DNA from: Terriglobales bacterium
GTDB lineage: Bacteria > Acidobacteriota > Terriglobia > Terriglobales > Acidobacteriaceae
Direction: 5' to 3'
DNA length: 61,361 bases
Assembly (NCBI GenBank): GCA_035643915.1
Contig: DASQPN010000119.1
Location: 1 to 61,361 of the forward strand
Shown here: positions 54,744-61,361 of the stretch, in pieces
Numbering within the stretch: position 1 is the first letter of the stretch
How the letters are laid out: every line of letters begins with the position of its first letter
The notes under the pieces: generated by a model
Databases searched by the model: none
What the model saw: the letters and a program-made list of their open reading frames with translations, nothing else
Told to the model about the DNA's origin: nothing
Translations under genes and position numbers: made by a program

Positions 54744-54783
54744 AGCCCGCTGACGCAAAAGGCTCAGCGGGCTTTTTGTTTTT
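54744..54783 (+). terminator. Intrinsic terminator (attenuator) between the His leader and hisI
   Basis: Perfect 10-bp stem AGCCCGCTGA (54744-54753) / TCAGCGGGCT (54764-54773), 10-nt loop, then TTTTGTTTTT. The hisI SD GGAGG follows at 54793-54797. Confidence 0.75.
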
Positions 54784-54803
54784 CCGCGAAACGGAGGCCG
54801 CGG

Positions 54804-55172
54804 ATGGATATGGAGATTGACTTCAACAAAATGCAGGGTCTGGTACCAGCCATCGTGCAAGACGCAGGCTCGGACCAGATCCTAATGCTCGGCTTCATGA
54901 ATCAGGAGGCGTTCGAGCGCACGTTGCGCTGCGGATACGTGACCTTCTTCAGCAGAACCCGCAACCAACTGTGGACCAAAGGCGAAAGTTCGGGCAATCG
55001 GCTGAAGGTCATCTCCGTAAGCACCGACTGCGACCGTGACTCATTTCTGGTGCGCGTCCAGGTGGAGGGAGCGGGGGTGGTCTGCCACTTGGGAACGCGC
55101 TCCTGCTTCACTCAGGAGATCCCGCTTTCCTCTGCGCCAAAGCTGGAAGAGGCGCGGGAGATCCAGCGATGA
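54804..55172 (+). CDS. hisI: Phosphoribosyl-AMP cyclohydrolase (monofunctional, no HisE domain)
   Basis: [54 protein letters not shown]; 122 aa. Confidence 0.9.
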   Translation: MDMEIDFNKMQGLVPAIVQDAGSDQILMLGFMNQEAFERTLRCGYVTFFSRTRNQLWTKGESSGNRLKVISVSTDCDRDSFLVRVQVEGAGVVCHLGTRSCFTQEIPLSSAPKLEEAREIQR

Positions 55173-56038
55173 AACTGCGCATCGGTATCCCAAAAGGCAG
55201 CTTGCAGGAAGCAACGCTCCAACTCTTTGCCCGCGCGGGTCTGGAGGTGTACACGAGTGCGAGATCTTATTTCGCCTCGACCGCTGATCCTGAGATCGAG
55301 TGCATGCTGATCCGCGCGCAGGAAATGGCACGCTACGTCGAGCACGGAGCCTTGGACGCCGGCCTCACCGGGCTCGACTGGGTGGTGGAGAGCGGACTTC
55401 AAGTCATTCCGGTCGTTGATTTGATCTACGCGAAACGGAGTCGCGGAAAAGTGAGGTGGGTTCTTGCCGCTCCGGAAGACTCCCCGTTTCATCGAGCCGA
55501 AGACCTTTCCGGGCGGATTATCGCCACCGAACTCGTAAACGTTACGCGCAACTACTTTCGCGGCAAAGGTGTCGAGGTCGAGGTAGAGTTCTCCTGGGGC
55601 GCCACTGAAGTCAAACCCCCCATGCTGGCCGACGCGATCGTGGAGGTTACAGAGACGGGCAGTTCCCTCAAAGCAAATCGCTTGCGCATCCTGGAGACCG
55701 TTCTCGAATCGAACACCCAGGTGATTGCCAACAAGACAGCATGGGGGGATGGCGAGAAGCGTCGCAAGATCGAGAACCTCGCCCTGATGCTCTGTGGCGC
55801 GATGGAAGCCCAGGATCGCGTCGGACTGATGCTGAACGTGCGCAAGGAGAACCTCGACCGTGTTTTGGCCGTGCTGCCCGCACTGAAGAAACCGACCATC
55901 TCGACACTGAGCGACGGCGAATGGGTCGCAGTAAACACGGTGATCGAGGAATCGGAGGCTTGGGAGGTGATTCCACGGCTGAAAGCGGCCCAGGCGCAAG
56001 GTATCGTCGAGTACCCCCTGAATAAGGTGGTGATGTAA
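55169..56038 (+). CDS. hisG: ATP phosphoribosyltransferase, long form
   Basis: ATGA overlap with his[25 protein letters not shown]...; 289 aa including the C-terminal regulatory domain. Confidence 0.9.
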   Translation: MKLRIGIPKGSLQEATLQLFARAGLEVYTSARSYFASTADPEIECMLIRAQEMARYVEHGALDAGLTGLDWVVESGLQVIPVVDLIYAKRSRGKVRWVLAAPEDSPFHRAEDLSGRIIATELVNVTRNYFRGKGVEVEVEFSWGATEVKPPMLADAIVEVTETGSSLKANRLRILETVLESNTQVIANKTAWGDGEKRRKIENLALMLCGAMEAQDRVGLMLNVRKENLDRVLAVLPALKKPTISTLSDGEWVAVNTVIEESEAWEVIPRLKAAQAQGIVEYPLNKVVM

Positions 56039-57279
56039 TGCGCATCCTCACCGGGCCCGCCGCGGCGCGGCGGGTGGACCAACTGGCGAAACGCGGCTCC
56101 CAGTTTGCGGCTTTGGAGCCGCAGGTGAGCAAGATTGTGGAGGACGTGCGTCGGCAGGGCGACCGGGCTCTGCGCCGGTACGCCGCCAATTGGGATGGGC
56201 TGCCTTCGAACCGTGGACTGCGAGTCTCGGAAGCGGAACTGGAGGCCGCGTGGACAATCGCATCACCGCGGTTGCGCAGCTCGCTCCGCCAGGCGTCCGC
56301 GAACATCCGTCGCTTCTGCAGATGGCAACAGCCGCAGGAGTGGCACCGCCAGGCGGGCGGCATGTTGCTGGGGCAGATCGTCCGTCCCCTGGGGTCCGTC
56401 GGATGCTACGTTCCCGGCGGACGTCATCCGCTGGTCTCCTCCCTCCTGATGACAGTCGTTCCAGCCCAGGTCGCGGGCGTGCCTGAAATCCGCGTGGTCT
56501 CGCCCAACCCTCGAGTTGAAGTCCTGGCCGCAGCGCACATGCTGGGAGTTCGCGAGTTCTATCGAGTGGGAGGAGCCCAGGCGATCGCGGCCCTGGCTTA
56601 TGGTACGAAGAGTATCCCGCGCGTGGACAAGATTGTGGGTCCCGGCAATCAATACGTCACCCTTGCCAAGAAACTGGTGTCGTTCGACTGTTCGATCGAT
56701 TTTCTGGCGGGACCAACCGAAGTGGTCATCCTCAGCCATCGGGGCCGGGCGAATTTCATCGCGGCCGACTTGGTAGCGCAAGCAGAACATGATCCCGATG
56801 CCGTACCGGTTTTCATTACAAGCTCGACCCGGCTGGCCCGTGCCACCGCAACCGCAGTCAAGCAACTCACGGATCACAACGACATCGCACGCCAGTCGGT
56901 GGCTCGACAGGGGTGCGTACTACTCGCGCATTCTCGAGCGGAGGCCGTCGAGTGGGCCAACCGGATTGCCCCCGAACACATCACCGTCGACGCGCGAGAC
57001 CTGCCCTCCATTCAGAATGCCGGTTCCATTTTTGTCGGTGAATACTCCGCCCAGGCGGCGGGTGACTACGCATCCGGGCCGAACCATGTATTGCCCACAG
57101 CCGGGGTGGCACGCTTTCGCGGCGGCCTCGCCATCATGGACTTTGTAAAGATCATTACGGTCCAGGAACTCTCAGAACGAGGACTCCAGAGAATTGGAAG
57201 AACGGTCGCCTACCTGGCCGAGACGGAAGGCCTGAGGGCGCACGCCGAATCCATTCGGGTCAGGTGTCCAGATGCTTAA
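56038..57279 (+). CDS. hisD: Histidinol dehydrogenase
   Basis: GGAQAIAALAYGT, VGPGNQYVTLAK, AQAEHDPDA, GDYASGPNHVLPT. Confidence 0.9.
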   Translation: MRILTGPAAARRVDQLAKRGSQFAALEPQVSKIVEDVRRQGDRALRRYAANWDGLPSNRGLRVSEAELEAAWTIASPRLRSSLRQASANIRRFCRWQQPQEWHRQAGGMLLGQIVRPLGSVGCYVPGGRHPLVSSLLMTVVPAQVAGVPEIRVVSPNPRVEVLAAAHMLGVREFYRVGGAQAIAALAYGTKSIPRVDKIVGPGNQYVTLAKKLVSFDCSIDFLAGPTEVVILSHRGRANFIAADLVAQAEHDPDAVPVFITSSTRLARATATAVKQLTDHNDIARQSVARQGCVLLAHSRAEAVEWANRIAPEHITVDARDLPSIQNAGSIFVGEYSAQAAGDYASGPNHVLPTAGVARFRGGLAIMDFVKIITVQELSERGLQRIGRTVAYLAETEGLRAHAESIRVRCPDA

Positions 57280-58351
57280 CCCACGCGAGTCGGTACGCAA
57301 CCTTCCCACTTATCATCCTCCGCTCGCAGGACGCACGGGGCTGCGCCTTGATTTTAACGAGAATACCGTCGGCTGCTCTCCACGGGTTCTGGCGCGCCTA
57401 CGATCGATCGATTTCGAGGAACTGGCACGTTACCCCGAACGTGAACCGGTCGAAGCCGCGGTTGCCGGTCACCTTGGGACAGAACCAGGGGAACTCCTGC
57501 TCACGAACGGGGTTGACGAGGCCATCCACCTCTTGTCCGAGACCTACTTGGAGGCCGGGGATGAAGCCTTGCTGGTGGTCCCGACGTTTTCCATGTATGA
57601 GATTTTTGCGGCAGCTACCGGCGCACGAGTCATCAAGATTCCGGCGGGGGAGGATTTCTCGTTTCCGGTGGCCGACATTCTGCGCCAAATCACCCCGGCC
57701 ACTCGGCTCATCGCGATCGCCAACCCAAACAATCCCACTGGTTCGGTTGCGACCGTGGAGGATCTTCTGCGGGTGGCTGAATCTGCCCCCGACGCGGCGC
57801 TGTTGGTGGACGAAGCGTACTACGAATTTCATGGCGAGTCTCTACGGAGTAGGTGGAGGGAACACCCCAGCCTTTTCGTGGCTCGCACTTTCTCGAAGGC
57901 TTACGGTCTCGCAGGACTGCGAGTAGGACTGCTGATGGGCGACGCACACCAGATGAGTGCCGTCCGGCGCGTGGCTTCCCCCTACAACGTCAACGCGGTC
58001 GCGCTGGCCTGCTTGCCCGAGGCGCTCGCGGATGAACCCTACGTGCGTCAGTACGTGTTGGAAGTCTGCCGTGGGCGAGAGCGTCTCGAATGCGAACTGA
58101 AATCCCTCGGAATTCCCTTCTGGCCCAGCCGCGCGAACTTTGTTCTGATGCGGCTGGGCTCTTTGAACTCCGCCTTCATCGGCCGCATGCGCGAGCGAGG
58201 CATTCTCGTCCGTGACCGCTCCCGCGACCCTGGGTGCGAGGGGTGTGTGCGGATCACACTGGGCTCGGCGGAACAGACGGACAGGCTGTCGGGCGTCCTT
58301 CGGGAAACGCTGCATGAAATTGGCGCCCTACGACAAGAGGTCCAGCGATGA
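57272..58351 (+). CDS. hisC: Histidinol-phosphate aminotransferase
   Basis: Class-II aminotransferase pattern NPNNPTG and the PLP-Lys motif [15 protein letters not shown]. Confidence 0.9.
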   Translation: MLNPRESVRNLPTYHPPLAGRTGLRLDFNENTVGCSPRVLARLRSIDFEELARYPEREPVEAAVAGHLGTEPGELLLTNGVDEAIHLLSETYLEAGDEALLVVPTFSMYEIFAAATGARVIKIPAGEDFSFPVADILRQITPATRLIAIANPNNPTGSVATVEDLLRVAESAPDAALLVDEAYYEFHGESLRSRWREHPSLFVARTFSKAYGLAGLRVGLLMGDAHQMSAVRRVASPYNVNAVALACLPEALADEPYVRQYVLEVCRGRERLECELKSLGIPFWPSRANFVLMRLGSLNSAFIGRMRERGILVRDRSRDPGCEGCVRITLGSAEQTDRLSGVLRETLHEIGALRQEVQR

Positions 58352-58935
58352 GGAAAGCACGCATTCACCGGCCCACCAAGGAAACCGACATTCGCGCGGT
58401 CCTGAACATCGACGGCCGTGGACACTACAAAATCTCGACCGGGATCCATTTCTTTGACCACATGCTTGAGCTGTTTGCTCATCACGGCGGATTTGACCTT
58501 GATCTTAAAGCTCGCGGTGACCTTGAGGTTGATCAGCATCACACCGTAGAAGATGTTGGGATCGTGCTTGGCCAAGCATTCGACCAGGCACTGGGCAGCA
58601 AGCGAGGAATCCTGCGCGCGGGCTACTTCCTGATGCCGATGGATGAAACCTTAGGTCTTGCCGCCGTGGACTTCTGTGGCCGAACGTCGGTGTTGGTGGA
58701 TACCCAGGTGCGAGTGAGGCTGGTGGGCGATTTGCAGGCAGAACTCGTCCATGACTTCTTTGAAGGCTTCGCACGAGGGGCGCGGGCCAACGTGCACACC
58801 CGGGTTTTGTACGGCCGCTCCAATCATCACAAGATCGAGTCTCTCTTCAAGGCTTTTGCGCGAGCGGTGCGGGCTGCCTGTTGGAGGGATCGTCGAATGG
58901 CTCGCTTTATCCCCAGCACCAAGGGAGTCTTGTGA
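58348..58935 (+). CDS. hisB: Imidazoleglycerol-phosphate dehydratase (monofunctional)
   Basis: [11 protein letters not shown]..., [29 protein letters not shown]. Confidence 0.9.
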   Translation: MRKARIHRPTKETDIRAVLNIDGRGHYKISTGIHFFDHMLELFAHHGGFDLDLKARGDLEVDQHHTVEDVGIVLGQAFDQALGSKRGILRAGYFLMPMDETLGLAAVDFCGRTSVLVDTQVRVRLVGDLQAELVHDFFEGFARGARANVHTRVLYGRSNHHKIESLFKAFARAVRAACWRDRRMARFIPSTKGVL

Positions 58936-59531
58936 CGATCGCAATCGTCGATTACGGCGCCGGGAATCTGACCTCCGTGAAGAAGGCTTTGGATTGGCTC
59001 GGCCAGGTCGCGGTCATCACATCCGATGCTGAGCAAGTAGCGCGCGCTGAGAAATTGATCGTCCCCGGTGTTGGTCATTTTGCGGCCACCCGGGCTCTCC
59101 ATAGCTCCGGGCTGAAAGACGCCATCGACGTAGCCCTGGGTCGCGGAACACCGTTCCTGGGCATCTGTCTCGGCATGCAATGGATGTTCGCTTCAAGCAC
59201 AGAAGCGCCTGAGGTCGCGGGTTTGGGGGTTTTCTCCGGTGAATGCGTGCACTTTCCCGCAGACGTGAAATCGCCACACGTGGGCTGGAACCGACTTCAG
59301 CTTTCGGGGGACGGCCGCCTCTTGCGCGAGATTCCCGCCGAGTCCTTTGTCTATTTCACGCATTCCTATCGTGTTCCGCCGGTTGAGCAAACGGTCGCAA
59401 CCTGTGAGTACGGCGGGACTTTTTCGGCGGTCGTCGAGCGTGACCATCTGTTCGGCGTCCAGTTCCATCCGGAAAAGTCGGGGCCGGTCGGCATAAAGCT
59501 ACTCCGGAATTTCTGCGAGTTGAAATGCTGA
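58932..59531 (+). CDS. hisH: Imidazole glycerol phosphate synthase, glutaminase subunit
   Basis: GTGA overlap with his[26 protein letters not shown] (catalytic Cys), FHPEKSG. Confidence 0.9.
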   Translation: MTIAIVDYGAGNLTSVKKALDWLGQVAVITSDAEQVARAEKLIVPGVGHFAATRALHSSGLKDAIDVALGRGTPFLGICLGMQWMFASSTEAPEVAGLGVFSGECVHFPADVKSPHVGWNRLQLSGDGRLLREIPAESFVYFTHSYRVPPVEQTVATCEYGGTFSAVVERDHLFGVQFHPEKSGPVGIKLLRNFCELKC

Positions 59532-60292
59532 CGAAACGAATCATCGCTTGTCTGGACGTGGACGGCGGCCGGGTCGTCAAGGGCGTGCAGTTCCTGAACC
59601 TGCGGGATGCTGGGGATCCAGCGGAGCTGGCAATGGCACACAGCCAGGGCGGCGCTGACGAGATCGTGCTGCTCGACATTTCAGCAACCGCTGAGAGACG
59701 TCAGACGCTGCTCGAAACCGTAAGGCGAACCGCGCGAGAGTTATTTATTCCGTTTACTGTGGGCGGTGGTGTGCGCACACTGGACGATGCTTCCGCGGTG
59801 TTCGATGCAGGCGCCGACAAGGTGAGCATCAATTCCGCGGCCCTGTCCGATCCCGGCCTGATCACGTGCATCGCCCAGCGGTTCGGTTCGCAAGCGGTGA
59901 TTGTCGCCATCGATGCCAAGCGCGGGGACGGGGGAGTCGCGTACCAGGCGTTTGCCGGAGGCGGCAGGAAGCCCAGCGGACGGGATGCCGCAGCCTGGGC
60001 GCGTGAGGCGGAGTCACGAGGCGCGGGCGAGATTCTTCTCACTTCCATGGACCGCGACGGTACCGGCAATGGTTTCGACTGCCAACTCACACGTTCGATC
60101 TCCGATGGCGTCCGGATCCCGGTGATCGCTTCGGGCGGGGCGGGGTCGGCGGGCCACTTTGTCGAGGTCTTCCAGAAGGGCCACGCCGACGCGGCGCTAG
60201 CAGCTTCGATCCTGCACTACCGAGTGACCGAGCTTGCCGACCTCAAACAAGAGCTTGCGGCCGCAGGAATTCCCGTGAGGTGGCCATGCTGA
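59525..60292 (+). CDS. hisF: Imidazole glycerol phosphate synthase, cyclase subunit
   Basis: [20 protein letters not shown]...[10 protein letters not shown]...[15 protein letters not shown]. Confidence 0.9.
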   Translation: MLTKRIIACLDVDGGRVVKGVQFLNLRDAGDPAELAMAHSQGGADEIVLLDISATAERRQTLLETVRRTARELFIPFTVGGGVRTLDDASAVFDAGADKVSINSAALSDPGLITCIAQRFGSQAVIVAIDAKRGDGGVAYQAFAGGGRKPSGRDAAAWAREAESRGAGEILLTSMDRDGTGNGFDCQLTRSISDGVRIPVIASGGAGSAGHFVEVFQKGHADAALAASILHYRVTELADLKQELAAAGIPVRWPC

Positions 60293-60975
60293 TCCCGTCG
60301 ATCGATCTCATGGGGGGCAAGATCGTCCAACTGGTACAGGGGGAGAAGAAGGCCCTGGAGTTCGACAATTTTGAGGAATGGATTCTTCGCTTTTCGAAGT
60401 ATCCACTGGTGCAACTCATTGACCTCGACGCCGCGATCGGAAGCGGGGACAACCGCAGATTGCTGCGGCAATTTACCAAGCGTCTCTCCTGCCAGGTGGG
60501 AGGCGGGATACGATCCATCGATTGCGCGCAGGAAATACTGGCGATGGGAGCGGAGCGGGTCATTCTTGGTTCAACCTTGGTCCAAAATGACAAGGTCAAC
60601 ACTGCCACTGCCGAACAGTTCGCCCAGCGATTCAGCGCTGACCGTCTGACCTTTGCAGTCGACTCGAAGAACGGCAGGGTCGCGATCAGCGGATGGCGAG
60701 AAATGACCACGCTCGCTCCGGCTGAGATGATGCAGGCCCTGGAACCTTACTGCCGCGCCTTCCTGTACACGCACATTGACACCGAAGGCCTCCTGAAAGG
60801 AATCCCGCTTGACGCAGTTCGGGCTTTGCGCGGGATCACCTCGCGACAACTCATGGTCGCCGGCGGAATCGCAAGCCAAGAAGAAGTGGGCCGACTCGAC
60901 AAGCTCGGGGTGGATGCCGTCGTCGGCATGGCGATCTATTCGGGCCGGATGAAGCTGGACCCGAGCCCAGCATGA
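60280..60975 (+). CDS. hisA: ProFAR isomerase (HisA family, somewhat divergent)
   Basis: [18 protein letters not shown]...QVGGGIRS...ILGS...[10 protein letters not shown]...AGGI. An alternative ATG start lies at 60286. Confidence 0.8.
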   Translation: MAMLIPSIDLMGGKIVQLVQGEKKALEFDNFEEWILRFSKYPLVQLIDLDAAIGSGDNRRLLRQFTKRLSCQVGGGIRSIDCAQEILAMGAERVILGSTLVQNDKVNTATAEQFAQRFSADRLTFAVDSKNGRVAISGWREMTTLAPAEMMQALEPYCRAFLYTHIDTEGLLKGIPLDAVRALRGITSRQLMVAGGIASQEEVGRLDKLGVDAVVGMAIYSGRMKLDPSPA

Positions 60976-60992
60976 GAGTTGCCGCCCGGGCG

Positions 60993-61361
60993 CTAATTTC
61001 GAGGACGATACCTGGCCATGGCCAATTCCACGATTTCCCCAATCAGCTGCGTGTAGGAGCGGCCTGAGGCCTTCGCCGCCATCACAAACTCCTGCTTGCT
61101 CGAGAGCCATGGATTCGGATTGGCCTCGATCACGTAGACTTCGCCTTTCGCCGAGAGGCGCATATCAATGCGGCCATAGTCGCGTAATTTCACGGCACGG
61201 TGGGCGGCCAGGGCAGTTTCCGTCAAACGAGTGATGGTCTCCTCGTCGAGATCTTCGGCCACGGCCGATTTGGTCAGCTTGTACGCCTCGGCATCCTTTT
61301 CAAACTTGACGTCATAACTGGCGATCTTGGGCGTCCCCTTGGGCAGCTTCGAGAAGTCCAG
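60993..61361 (-). CDS. ATP-grasp enzyme, D-alanine--D-alanine ligase family, C-terminal part (5' end beyond the window)
   Basis: The frame is open to the window edge. ...LRDYGRIDMRLSAKGEVYVIEANPNPWLS...SYTQLIGEIVELA. Confidence 0.6.
   Translation of the reverse strand: MDFSKLPKGTPKIASYDVKFEKDAEAYKLTKSAVAEDLDEETITRLTETALAAHRAVKLRDYGRIDMRLSAKGEVYVIEANPNPWLSSKQEFVMAAKASGRSYTQLIGEIVELAMARYRPRN

Noticed and set aside
1-61361. Looked for CRISPR arrays, rRNA, tRNA (T-loop GGTTCGAATCC-like), IS elements with terminal inverted repeats, and toxin-antitoxin or defence cassettes
   Set aside because: None was seen by eye in the intergenic regions. The only mobile element supported is the group II intron.

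Overview
High-GC bacterial chromosomal window. Its gene content looks like a soil Acidobacteriota-type organism, but that is an inference from protein families only. I support about 60 protein genes.

Main gene groups:
- Regulators and sensors: two membrane-anchored winged-helix regulators, four histidine kinases, an NtrC-type activator, LacI, TetR, GAF-ANTAR and KdpE.
- Envelope and pilus genes: pilD, an Flp pilin, OmpA, an L,D-transpeptidase and an SPFH protein.
- Repair: uvrC.
- A candidate quaternary-amine catabolic cluster: a Rieske oxygenase and TetR divergent from two FAD oxidoreductases and a BHMT-type methyltransferase.
- A sulfate-assimilation operon on the minus strand: sir, sirC, cobA, cysH, tauE, DUF1634.
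- A tightly overlapping hisIGDCBHFA operon on the plus strand.

No rRNA, tRNA or CRISPR array was seen.

The most interesting signal is the 467-nt divergent region between sir and hisI (54337..54803). It holds two mirror-image candidate leader-peptide attenuators. One encodes a poly-Cys peptide (CCCTCCC) facing the sulfite-reductase operon. The other encodes a poly-His peptide (HRHHRHHHHAH) facing the his operon. Each has a sigma70-like promoter placed so close to the ATG that the sORF would be leaderless or nearly so. Each also has a nested antiterminator whose apical loop contains the stop codon, and a strong terminator ending in the same 15-nt tail GGGCTTTTTGTTTTT.

Other notable items:
- An approximately 1.17-kb ORF-less group II intron, antisense, abutting the SD of the SPFH gene.
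- A multiply frameshifted kdpC relic beside intact kdpE, with kdpD split into two divergent genes.
- One or two decayed c-type cytochrome genes.
- A kinase-dead DHp-only protein translationally coupled to pilD.

All functional calls come from motif recognition by eye. No searches were run.
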